Shown here in pieces: positions 47,969 to 56,711 of a stretch of DNA of 64,000 nt. A model generated the notes under the pieces. That model saw only the letters and a list, made by a program, of their open reading frames with translations. It did not search any database and was not told where the DNA came from. A program made the translations under genes and the position numbers. How positions within the stretch are numbered: the stretch's first letter is position 1; every line of letters begins with the position of its first letter. The stretch is from a bacterium (GTDB lineage: Bacteria > Calescibacteriota > Calescibacteriia > Calescibacteriales > Calescibacteriaceae): assembly GCA_030550715.1 (NCBI GenBank), contig JAUQOU010000002.1, forward strand, positions 23,785-87,784. Direction: 5' to 3'.

Positions 47969-49009
47969 GTGAGGGATGAGTTAGAGAAGACCGAACCGCC
48001 GACGCCCCATAAAATAGAAGAAGCCAGAGAAAGAGGATTTGTACCGAAATCAAGAGAAATAATAGGACTTGCGATACTTTTAGGAATTTTTATTTTTCTC
48101 TGGTTCAGCGGTCAGAAAATATTTGAAGGTTTTCAGGAAGGAATAAACCTTATATCAAGCGGTGGTTTTTCGGGAAGTGTACTTTCCTATGCGGTCTCCA
48201 TAGCTGTAAAGATAATTCTTCCAGTACTGTTTTTGTCTGCTGTTATTGCTATATTAGCAAACGTTCTTCAGACCGGATTTCTCATAGCTACTAAGTCATT
48301 TGAGCCGAAGATAGAAAAATTCTCCCCCGTTGAAAACTTTCAGAGGATTTTCTCGTCAAGAAACCTTTTTGAGTTTGCAAAATCGGTGTCAAAATCTTCA
48401 ATAGTCCTTGCTATAATCGGATTTATCTTATACACATCGCTTTGGAAAATAGATGAATTTTTTGGTTTAGATATAACATCTGCTATACCGAAATCAGCCG
48501 GGATTGTTTTGAGGTTTGTCGCAATAGTTTTAGTATTTCTCATTTTTTTATCTATTGCAGATTATGCGTGGCAGAGGTGGGATTGGTGGAGGTCTCTTAT
48601 GATGTCAAGAAGTGAGCTCAGGGAAGAGATGAGAAGATATGAGGGAGACCCGACAGTAAGAAGCCGAGTAAGAAGGAGAATGTTTGAGCTTGCAAGGTTG
48701 CGTATGATGGCAGAAGTACCTCGGGCAGATGTTATCATAACGAACCCAACACATATAGCTGTCGCCCTAAAGTACGAACGAGGTAAAATGAAGGCACCAA
48801 AAGTTGTTGCAAAAGGGATGAACTTTATGGCTCAAAGAATAGTAGATGTTGCAAAAGAGCACGGGGTACCAATATATCAAGACCCACCTTTGGCTTGGGC
48901 ACTTTATAAATCAACAAATATCGGCGATTACATACCAGAAAACCTTTATAAAGCAGTAGCAAAAGTTCTCGCATATATCATAATGCTAAAACAAAAACAA
49001 AAAGGATAA
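47969..49009 (+). CDS. flhB: flagellar export apparatus protein FlhB
   Basis: EKTEPPTPHKIEEARERG start and the NPTH autocleavage site. GTG start. Confidence 0.9.
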   Translation: MRDELEKTEPPTPHKIEEARERGFVPKSREIIGLAILLGIFIFLWFSGQKIFEGFQEGINLISSGGFSGSVLSYAVSIAVKIILPVLFLSAVIAILANVLQTGFLIATKSFEPKIEKFSPVENFQRIFSSRNLFEFAKSVSKSSIVLAIIGFILYTSLWKIDEFFGLDITSAIPKSAGIVLRFVAIVLVFLIFLSIADYAWQRWDWWRSLMMSRSELREEMRRYEGDPTVRSRVRRRMFELARLRMMAEVPRADVIITNPTHIAVALKYERGKMKAPKVVAKGMNFMAQRIVDVAKEHGVPIYQDPPLAWALYKSTNIGDYIPENLYKAVAKVLAYIIMLKQKQKG

Positions 49010-49044
49010 AATCATTTGACGATAAACCAGTAAAAGAAGCTTTA

Positions 49045-50640
49045 TCAGTTGATGGACCTTTTCTCTGAAAACCTCTCGGGCATTTTCAAGTTCTCAAATT
49101 TCTCTTTCAATTCCTTTATTATTTTTCTGTATTTTGCTTTCGTTCCTTTGCTGATTTTAACCTCCTCGCCATTTTGAGATTTCAAATACCACAGCAGAGC
49201 AGATAAAATAAGTTTGGCTTTTGAAAAGCTCTTCTCTTCCAGAGCAATAGAGATAGCAAGCTCTTCAATACTTCTGTTCCTCTCTATCTGAAAGCCCGAT
49301 TCATTATTTGATTGCTCTTTGTCAAGATGTTTTAACTTTATATTTTCTCTGGCTTGAGATAAGGTCTTTTCTACTAACTCCCAAGGTTTTCTATCTTCTA
49401 TTATAAACTTTACAATATTGAAAAGTTCTCTTATGTTTCCTGCAATTCCTTCTCTTGTAAGTTTTTCAAGTTCCGTCAAAATGAAATTACCGTATTCTTG
49501 CCCGTATATTTTAGGTATATGAGATATAAGCTTTACATCTACGGGGATATCAAAATCTTCTTCTTTCCATATTTGGGTTTCAAATTCTCTGAACTCACAG
49601 TCGGGTAGGGGACATGAAAATGTTCTTTTTCCCGATCTCTTCTCTGTATGTATCTGAGATAAGATAAATTCTAAAATGTCATCAAAACTGTCTCCATGCT
49701 CTATGTGTTCCTTCAAAGAGGGAATGTAGATTAAATTTGAAGATATTCTGTACCAAAAATCCTCCAAGAGATTTCCTTCCTTTATGAGTTCCTTTGGGTC
49801 TCTATTTATGGCAAAAAATATTATACCTTTGAGTTCTTCATCCTTTGTATCTCCTATTTTTCTGAATTTTCTTTCTTCTATTGCAGTTAGGATTTTGCTT
49901 TGCAGTTCAATTGGTGCCTTTGAAATTTCATCTATGAAGATAACCGTATCGTCGCTGTTTCCAGAAAATATCCCGTCTTTATCTGCTATCGCTCCTGTAA
50001 AAGAACCCTTTTTGTGTCCGAATATTTCCGATTCTATAAGCTCACGCGGTATTTGAGCAGAGTTTATATGCTTGAATTTTAATCCCACTTCATCTGCTCG
50101 CTCACTACAAAAATAATTATTAAGCTTTGGATAGAGAGTATTTTGCTCCCAGACCCAGAAATCTTTGTAGATGTTAAAAATCTTACCAGTCAGCTCTTCA
50201 ACAAAAAATTCATATTCTTTCTGCCAGAACTCTTTAAGTTTTTCCAAGAAGCTAATGTGATAGACAAAAACATATTTTTCTGTCTCAGATTTTATAGAGT
50301 CCAATATTTTCTTTGCTTCCTCTTTGGTCATTTTTCTTTTCAAAATTACTTTATCGTAGAACCTTCCTACTATCATTTCCCTTATATCTTTTGCTCTGTT
50401 GTTGATAAATTCAGCTATTGCCTTTACGAATTCTCCTTTACCCGCTCCCGATGGTCCCACTATACAATATAACCCATTATGATAGATATTTCTCGCAAGA
50501 TATATTATTTGATTTATAAAATGCCTATCTTGGCAGAAACCGAACTTCTGCCAGATAAGTTCTGGAATTTCCTCTATGTGAATATGTATCTTGCTTTTCT
50601 GCTCGTTTGTTTTTCCATCCATCACAAAAAAACTTTTCAC
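49045..50640 (-). CDS. sigma54-interacting AAA+ activator-like protein, atypical (no sensory domain, split AAA+ core)
   Basis: Walker A GPSGAGKGE, ESEIFGHKKGSFTGA (GAFTGA-type loop), Walker B VIFIDEIS, FWYRIS and GNIRELFN sensor II. An alternative ATG start lies at 50622. Confidence 0.75.
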   Translation of the reverse strand: MKSFFVMDGKTNEQKSKIHIHIEEIPELIWQKFGFCQDRHFINQIIYLARNIYHNGLYCIVGPSGAGKGEFVKAIAEFINNRAKDIREMIVGRFYDKVILKRKMTKEEAKKILDSIKSETEKYVFVYHISFLEKLKEFWQKEYEFFVEELTGKIFNIYKDFWVWEQNTLYPKLNNYFCSERADEVGLKFKHINSAQIPRELIESEIFGHKKGSFTGAIADKDGIFSGNSDDTVIFIDEISKAPIELQSKILTAIEERKFRKIGDTKDEELKGIIFFAINRDPKELIKEGNLLEDFWYRISSNLIYIPSLKEHIEHGDSFDDILEFILSQIHTEKRSGKRTFSCPLPDCEFREFETQIWKEEDFDIPVDVKLISHIPKIYGQEYGNFILTELEKLTREGIAGNIRELFNIVKFIIEDRKPWELVEKTLSQARENIKLKHLDKEQSNNESGFQIERNRSIEELAISIALEEKSFSKAKLILSALLWYLKSQNGEEVKISKGTKAKYRKIIKELKEKFENLKMPERFSEKRSIN

Positions 50641-50661
50641 CTGAAAGTTTCCAAAAAGTTA

Positions 50662-50727
50662 TTCTTGTATGATAATTTTATTTCAAAAACAAGAAAAGTT
50701 CAAAATAATGTTCTTGTAAGTTCAAAA
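50662..50727. promoter_or_regulatory. repeat array, candidate enhancer (UAS) for the sigma54 promoter
   Basis: TTCTTGT at 50662 and 50711, with its complement ACAAGAA at 50689. AAGTTCAAAA at 50696 and 50718. The array lies 130-195 nt upstream of the -24 element. Confidence 0.4.
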
Positions 50728-50856
50728 AATTTTCCTCTGGTCTAAAAAATTGCATTTAAAATATCTTTGTTTTCTGATTCACTTACACCCCTTATTTTTT
50801 CGTGAGAACTGAGCTTTATTCCTGAGAAGAAAAACTTGAAACTTACATAATAACCC

Positions 50857-50872
50857 TGGCACTCTTTTTGCA
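50857..50872 (+). promoter_or_regulatory. sigma54 (-24/-12) promoter
   Basis: TGGCACtctttTTGCA matches TGGCAC-N5-TTGCW exactly. It lies 31 nt upstream of ATG 50903, with the RBS AAAGGAGG in between. Confidence 0.7.
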
Positions 50873-50902
50873 AATAATTCAACGAAAGGAGGACTATAAA
50901 AA

Positions 50903-53428
50903 ATGATGAGAGAAATAATAAAAGCTATAAAAGAAAGGGCAAAAATCAAAACAAAAGGTAAAATTAAAAGATTTTCTCTTCGGAACAACTTCATTTATGT
51001 TCTCTCCGCTCTCCTGCTTCTTACTGCTTTTAGCTGTGGCAAAAAGAAAGAGACACAAGAAATTTCAATAACGATAATTGGAACAGCAAAGATTGAAGGT
51101 AAAGAAGATAATAGCGGTATTTCTGTCTTTCTTGAAAAAGGTATATCTAAATTACAAACTGGAACTCAATCAGGATATAAGTTAGAATATCAATCAGTAG
51201 CTTCTACAACTACCGAAAAAGATGGCTCATATGTTCTTTTTGCAAATTCAACAGGAATTTATCGGATCAGATTATCAGCAAAAGGATATATAGATGTTAT
51301 AGTGCCAAATATAGTCCTATCTGGAAGCGGGGTTTATGAAGTTTCTCCTGTGATATTCACATCTGCTTTAACAGAAGGAGCATTCGGAGAAGGAACTACA
51401 ACTCCCACCGAAGTAGGGGGAACAACAATTTCTGAACTCGAGAAAAGGGGAGTGATTATAGGATATGTATTTCTTCCCGGAGCTACCGAATATGCCGACC
51501 TTTCAGGAACAATCGTTGAACTCCTCAGAGCAGAACTCAAAAGCGGTGAAGTGGTATATAGTCCAGTCGCAACTCAAATAGTTCAAAAAGATGGAAAATT
51601 TATGTTTGAAAATGTTCCTTTCGGGACTTACAGTTTGAGAATAACAAGAGAGGGATTTCCAACTTATCTGATTCCGAACATAGTTCTTGCAAGCAAAATA
51701 TATGATGTCGGAAAAATAACGCTTCCTATGACTCCTGGAGAACAAGTTATTGCTGCAAAGGAAGGAGTTCTTGATTTTAAAATATCATGGGATGGGAAAC
51801 TTGTCGCTTGGCGTGATTCATCTGGGACTTTGTTTTTGGCTAATCCTTCGCTTGAATCCAAAGAAGCCATCACAAGACAGGTTCTAACATACGATTTCGT
51901 AAGGGGCTCCACGCTCGTTTTTATGACATCAGATAGAAATCTCTATATCAAACAGTATGGGAATCTTTTCAGCGAGAAAATCTCATCAGATGTTAAATAT
52001 TATCTTAATGTAAACGATATAGCTCTTGCTTTCCTCACATTGGATGAAAAACTTTACATCAGAAAGTTTGATGGAAATTCTCTGGGATTTATAGATTCAG
52101 ATGTTCAAAAGATTTCTTTACTACGTTATGTTTATGGTTTACAGAAAACAAATCTAATACAGTATGAAAAAAATAACGGAGAAGTTTATTTGGCAAATAC
52201 TGAAACGTCAAAAAGAAAAATTATTCCTACAGATCATTACATACCATTTTCCATACCCTATTACATACACAAGGATAAAATGTTCTTCCCTTATGTTTTC
52301 CCTAATTATTCTACAATAATATATGTTCGCCCTTATGACCTCTCTTCTGATCCCATAGTAGTAGATAAAACGGAATCAGGTTGGTTAACAATTGTTGGCT
52401 TCTTTGACCTTGGAATGATTTATTGGAAAGCTTCTTCTCTTTACTTTTATTCTTATGCGAGCGGAACAACAAGTAAGGTAAAAGATTTCTCCTATTCTCC
52501 TGAACCTATCACAAGCGTCGGGAATGAATTTTATTTTAAAGATGGGGATAAAATATACTACTTTGATGGTAATACTTTTGAACTTAAAGAAGTTGATCAA
52601 ATGATCAGAGATGTTACCACATACAAAGATACGGCAATGTTTTACCTGAAAATAATTTATTTTTCTGGACCTTCTAACGTGACTTTTTCGGTTGTGAAGT
52701 TCAATTATCAAAATAAATCTACGCAAGTTATCGGTAATAATATAGAAATGAGTTATCCTTGGTGGTCTGAGATTTATGTTTCTCCTGATGGCAATCATGT
52801 TATAGTATCTGGTAGTGGAAATATATTTTCAGTAAAAACAGACGGGTCAGGAGTAGTGAAACTTAATGATAAAATTAACCGCTCAAATTGTTCATTCAAT
52901 GGTTTTGCACGCGATGTAACAGGAAAATATATAGGAAAAATTGCTATATGGTGTTCTCCTTCACTAACTCCTTCTTTAATTTTGAAACCAGATGGAACAG
53001 ATATATTTAAGTTCAATCCCAATACTTCTTATAGAATATATTCTGATGGCAATAAGATAGTATGGATTGAGAGATTATGGGTTGAGGAAGAATGGATTGA
53101 GTTGGGTAGAAGTATGTACATATCTGACCTCAGAGAAGGTGCTACTCCTATTCCTATTGATACTGATGTTTATGGAATGCTTGTGCTTGAGAAAGCCGGA
53201 AAGATTTTATATGCAAAAAGAGAGGTGGTATCATTTTTCACGCCAACTTATACTTTGAAATTTGTATCTCTTAATGGAGATGCGGTAGGAACTATTGACA
53301 GTGGAGTTAATTATTATTATTATACTACTCCTGAAGAAGATTATGTTATATATACCAAGTGGGTTTTTGAGTTGGAAGGTAATACGGTTAAGATAAAAAA
53401 CGCTCTGAGTTCAGCGCGCTTGAAATGA
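50903..53428 (+). CDS. 841-aa lipoprotein: two carboxypeptidase-regulatory-like beta-sandwich domains plus a TolB/DUF5050-like beta-propeller region
   Basis: Signal peptide with TAFSC lipobox. DGSYVLF...GIYRIRL and DGKFMFENVPFGTYSLRI motifs. Repeated ...LYIKQ / ...LYIRKFDG / ...VYLANTE blades. Confidence 0.7.
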   Translation: MMREIIKAIKERAKIKTKGKIKRFSLRNNFIYVLSALLLLTAFSCGKKKETQEISITIIGTAKIEGKEDNSGISVFLEKGISKLQTGTQSGYKLEYQSVASTTTEKDGSYVLFANSTGIYRIRLSAKGYIDVIVPNIVLSGSGVYEVSPVIFTSALTEGAFGEGTTTPTEVGGTTISELEKRGVIIGYVFLPGATEYADLSGTIVELLRAELKSGEVVYSPVATQIVQKDGKFMFENVPFGTYSLRITREGFPTYLIPNIVLASKIYDVGKITLPMTPGEQVIAAKEGVLDFKISWDGKLVAWRDSSGTLFLANPSLESKEAITRQVLTYDFVRGSTLVFMTSDRNLYIKQYGNLFSEKISSDVKYYLNVNDIALAFLTLDEKLYIRKFDGNSLGFIDSDVQKISLLRYVYGLQKTNLIQYEKNNGEVYLANTETSKRKIIPTDHYIPFSIPYYIHKDKMFFPYVFPNYSTIIYVRPYDLSSDPIVVDKTESGWLTIVGFFDLGMIYWKASSLYFYSYASGTTSKVKDFSYSPEPITSVGNEFYFKDGDKIYYFDGNTFELKEVDQMIRDVTTYKDTAMFYLKIIYFSGPSNVTFSVVKFNYQNKSTQVIGNNIEMSYPWWSEIYVSPDGNHVIVSGSGNIFSVKTDGSGVVKLNDKINRSNCSFNGFARDVTGKYIGKIAIWCSPSLTPSLILKPDGTDIFKFNPNTSYRIYSDGNKIVWIERLWVEEEWIELGRSMYISDLREGATPIPIDTDVYGMLVLEKAGKILYAKREVVSFFTPTYTLKFVSLNGDAVGTIDSGVNYYYYTTPEEDYVIYTKWVFELEGNTVKIKNALSSARLK

Positions 53429-53750
53429 AGAGAGCGCTAATGCTCAAACAAATGTAAGTATTTCTGAAATCCTTTCAAATCCAGATAAATACGATGGTAA
53501 ATATGTTCAGGTTATTGGGAAATGCTTTAAAATTCAGTACAAGGTTTCAAGGAAAGGTAGTCCATATACGGTTTTTGAGCTTGTAGATAAAGGGGGAAGA
53601 ATAAAGGTTTTCAGTTTTGGTCATATAAAACTTTATGAAGGTGATGAAGTTTCGGTTAAAGGAATTTATCAGAAGGTCAAAAGGGTTGGGATTTATACAT
53701 TTTATAATGAAATAGATGCATCAAGGGGGGAAATAAGAAAAATAAAATAA
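53424..53750 (+). pseudogene. start-less OB-fold-like reading frame (108 codons); possible gene remnant, frameshifted C-terminal domain or non-canonical start
   Basis: The frame is open from the TGA at 53421-53423 to the TAA at 53748-53750. It encodes ...YDGKYVQVIGKCFKIQ...GDEVSVKGIY.... I found no ATG, GTG or TTG in frame. It is absent from the ORF track. Confidence 0.4.
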
Positions 53751-53887
53751 AAGTAGTTTTTCTAACTTCCGATAAGGGACATTATGTCAAGTAAATCAGA
53801 GATCAGCAAGAAACCCTTCGGTTAATTTCCTGATTTTTTAACAGTTTTGTTAAGAAATTGAGAAAATAAATTGGTGAAATAATCAGT

Positions 53888-54997
53888 TCAGAATATCAGA
53901 CCTGCTGACAGAATTGAAGAAAAGCCCGGTTTTACCCTGTCTAAAAACGGGAACCTCTGCAAAATATACTCCTGATTCTCAAGATAAATAAAGCTTCTTT
54001 CATATAAGGTGAAGAACAGAGAAAGCTCAACGAATGCAAATTCCCTCACCTGCTTTTTACCAAGCTCCTCAAATTCCTTCTTCAAAATAAAAGAAGGATT
54101 TATCTTTAACTTCACAATATCCCATGAAGTCCCCGTCACCTTATATATAGAAGCATCTTGCGATTCTGGAAACCCGTGAAGCACAAAGATTGAAGAAGAA
54201 ACCCCAAGGTCATGAGCTAAATCTCCTTGCGTCAGAAAAAAATTTCTTATCCTTGAAGATATGCCGGCACCACCAAACACAATATCTCCTGGAAAAACGT
54301 TCTGCCCAAACATTATATAACCTATTCTTAAAATGTATCCCATCAGAGCATGAGGAGATAGCTCGGTTTCTCCAAACTGAATTCTTTTTTTCGCAAGCAA
54401 CTGAAACGGAAAATCTACGCCGAAAGATGAAACATTAATTCTTCTGAAAGTTATGAGATTTTCATCTGGTTCTCCCGCGAGAGGTATAACTGCTGAAAAG
54501 CCAGGAAATATCTCAACTGGTTCTCTCATCAACCTGAAAGAAAAAGATAAAAATATGTCACCCAGTCCAAAAGACGAAATTGGTCCAAAAGTTCTATATC
54601 TTGAAAATATACTTGCTCTTGCGAAGAATGACTCTGAAAAAGCATATTCGGTTGAAAATACGACATCAAAGTCCTGAACAGATACTTTATTTCCAGAAAG
54701 CTTTACCAACTGTTCCCATCCATAGTTCACTCCCTTGACAGATGTTAATATTGAGTAGTTATCAAGGTTAAGCGATAAATTTTGAACATTTATTTTTTTC
54801 TGCCACATTGAGAACCTTAGTTGAAGAAATGGAATTATCATATCTTTTCTGAGAGATTCAATTCTTATTGTGTCTTGAAAAGGTAAGGTATCAGGATAAT
54901 CTGCAAAGGAATTTGGTATATGGGATAAAAATACGGGAACGGAGAATAAGACGAGTATTTTTGATTTCAGAAATTTTGCAGGTGATGATTTTTTCAT
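53888..54997 (-). CDS. putative outer-membrane beta-barrel protein
   Basis: Signal peptide ...IPNSFA/DY. Alternating hydrophobic pattern. C-terminal ...SAGLIF ends in Phe. The track ORF's N-terminus is tRNA-Ser, so the start is trimmed to ATG 54997. Confidence 0.5.
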   Translation of the reverse strand: MKKSSPAKFLKSKILVLFSVPVFLSHIPNSFADYPDTLPFQDTIRIESLRKDMIIPFLQLRFSMWQKKINVQNLSLNLDNYSILTSVKGVNYGWEQLVKLSGNKVSVQDFDVVFSTEYAFSESFFARASIFSRYRTFGPISSFGLGDIFLSFSFRLMREPVEIFPGFSAVIPLAGEPDENLITFRRINVSSFGVDFPFQLLAKKRIQFGETELSPHALMGYILRIGYIMFGQNVFPGDIVFGGAGISSRIRNFFLTQGDLAHDLGVSSSIFVLHGFPESQDASIYKVTGTSWDIVKLKINPSFILKKEFEELGKKQVREFAFVELSLFFTLYERSFIYLENQEYILQRFPFLDRVKPGFSSILSAGLIF

Positions 54998-55004
54998 ATA
55001 TTGA

Positions 55005-55096
55005 TGGCGGAGAGGGTGGGATTTGAACCCACGAGGGAGCTCATCGCCCCCAACGGATTTCAAGTCCGTCCCGTTCGTCCGCTCCGGCACCTCTCC
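55005..55096 (-). tRNA. tRNA-Ser (anticodon UGA), long variable arm, CCA encoded
   Basis: Acceptor GGAGAGG/CCTCTCC, anticodon arm ACGGA-CTTGAAA-TCCGT, T-arm GTGGGTTCAAATCCCAC. Confidence 0.9.
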
Positions 55097-55247
55097 AAAA
55101 TCAAAAAAAGATTAATCTTGAAAAATCAAGTTTTGCAAAAGTAAAAAATAAACAATAAATTCAAAATTCAGCAAAACCGCAAAATTCCAACTTGCAAAAG
55201 AAAATGGCTAATATAAATAGATTAACAGAAGGGAGGTGAGCCAAAAG

Positions 55248-55763
55248 ATGCCCCAAGAAAAAGAAAGAACGTTACAAATAGAAGGATTAGATCCGCACAA
55301 CAAATTGAGAATAATTTGCTTTTCAGGAGATATGGATAAGGCGTTTGCTGTACTTACACTTGCGGGAACTGCTGCATCGCTCGGGATGGATGTCGCAATA
55401 TTCTTTACATTCTGGGGGCTTTCTCTCATAAAGAAAAAGAGAAAGTTCAAAGGTAAAAACTTCATTCAAAAGATGATGGAGATGATGATGCCAAAAGGGC
55501 TGAACTCCCTTGGTCTGTCAAAAATGAACATGGCTGGACTTGCTCCAGCTATGATGAAAGTTCTTATGAAAAAGACCGGCTCCCCTACCCTAGATGAACT
55601 CTTTCAGGCAGCGAAAGAATCCGGAGTCAAGTTTTACGCCTGCTCTACCTCGTGCAGTATACTTGGAATAGATAAAGACCAGCTCATAGATGAAGTTCAA
55701 GAAATAGTCGGAGCAGCTACATTTATATCAGAAGCAAAAGGAGGAATTTGCCTATTTATATGA
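55248..55763 (+). CDS. DsrE/DsrF/DsrH-like (DrsE_2) sulfur-relay family protein
   Basis: KLRIICFSGDMDKAFA...FFTFWGL...FYACSTSC..LGI pattern. ATG 55248 follows a GGGAGGTG RBS. Confidence 0.7.
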   Translation: MPQEKERTLQIEGLDPHNKLRIICFSGDMDKAFAVLTLAGTAASLGMDVAIFFTFWGLSLIKKKRKFKGKNFIQKMMEMMMPKGLNSLGLSKMNMAGLAPAMMKVLMKKTGSPTLDELFQAAKESGVKFYACSTSCSILGIDKDQLIDEVQEIVGAATFISEAKGGICLFI

Positions 55764-55800
55764 AAAGTTTTTAAATAATTAAAGGAGGATAAAATCAAAT

Positions 55801-56061
55801 ATGGAATCAAGAGAGAAAATAGAAAGAGATGTGCTGAAGCCGGATTTAGAATTTGACGCAAGGGGTATGAGATGTCCTATGCCCGTTATAAAGGCAAGAA
55901 AATACCTTGACCAATTGAGTTCAGGACAGATTTTGCTCATTCTTGCAGATGACCCGGGGGCGAAAAAAGATTTTCCCGCTTTCTGCTCTCAAACAGGACA
56001 TGAACTGATTGCCTCACAAGAGGAAAGCGGTGTATTTAAATTCTATATAAGAAAAAGATAA
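55801..56061 (+). CDS. TusA/SirA-family sulfurtransferase
   Basis: DARGMRCPMPVIKARK contains the CPxP active-site motif. AAGGAGG RBS. Confidence 0.8.
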   Translation: MESREKIERDVLKPDLEFDARGMRCPMPVIKARKYLDQLSSGQILLILADDPGAKKDFPAFCSQTGHELIASQEESGVFKFYIRKR

Positions 56062-56063
56062 TT

Positions 56064-56489
56064 TCAAGCTGTTTTCTGATTTTGTTTTTTTGTCAAACTC
56101 TCAATAAGCTCTTCAAATATCCTTCTGTTTTTTTCATCTATTTTCGTTATTTCAACTCCCATTCCGGGTATTATAGATGGATCAGATGGTTCTGCCTTCC
56201 ACCTGACAACTCCTTCAACCTCAATAGATAAATCCTCTCTTCCGGGGACGGAGAAAGTTATTTTGAGAGGGGTTCCCGGCGGAAGTGGATTTTCTGACTT
56301 TATGAACATCCCTCCTTTTGATATATTTGTTATCCACTCCACAGCTAACCCTTGCTCTGATGAATATCTGACCTCAATTTCCGTAGGATACCTTTTAGAT
56401 TTTCTCCTCTCTTCCATATCGCTATCAGTATAATTATAATTTCTCTTTGCTCTCTTCTTACTTTTTCTGGTTGATTTTTTCTCTGCCAT
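56064..56489 (-). CDS. PilZ domain protein (single domain)
   Basis: RRKSKR and NISKGG motifs with the expected spacing. Confidence 0.7.
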   Translation of the reverse strand: MAEKKSTRKSKKRAKRNYNYTDSDMEERRKSKRYPTEIEVRYSSEQGLAVEWITNISKGGMFIKSENPLPPGTPLKITFSVPGREDLSIEVEGVVRWKAEPSDPSIIPGMGVEITKIDEKNRRIFEELIESLTKKQNQKTA

Positions 56490-56711
56490 ATTACTTTTTA
56501 TTTTACGAAATAGTGATAAAATCGAAGCTTTTCAGAAATTTTTTGTTTTTGTTTGTTTTAAAAAATATATGTATAAGCAAGAAGAATTCCTCACGAGACA
56601 GATAGTTTGTTGCAGATTTGTTTAATGAATAGCATTCGAATTCCGCAACATTTTTGTATAGAAGGCAATAAATTAAAGATTCCAAATCTGAAAGAGTTTT
56701 GGCAATAGATA

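Noticed and set aside
50779-50994. 71-aa minus-strand ORF spanning the sigma54 promoter
   Set aside because: It overlaps the promoter, the RBS and the signal-peptide region of the well-supported lipoprotein gene. It has no RBS and is hydrophobic, consistent with being the antisense of a signal peptide.
53423-53429. prfB-style programmed +1 frameshift joining the lipoprotein to the OB-fold frame
   Set aside because: AAA-TGA-A is geometrically compatible. However, there is no upstream SD-like stimulator, and re-pairing of tRNA-Lys on AAU is poor. An indel or gene remnant is more parsimonious. I keep it only as a minor alternative.
53751-53887. Hairpin ATCAG...CTGAT followed by TTTTTT as a bidirectional terminator
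   Set aside because: It has only a 5-bp outer stem and a 4-bp inner stem with a large loop. That is too weak to call.
54998-55090. N-terminal 31 codons of the track ORF 53888..55090
   Set aside because: They read through tRNA-Ser(UGA). A proper signal peptide starts at the ATG at 54997.
56503-56685. 60-aa minus-strand ORF in the PilZ/tmk spacer
   Set aside because: It has no RBS, AT-driven low-complexity composition and no recognisable motif.
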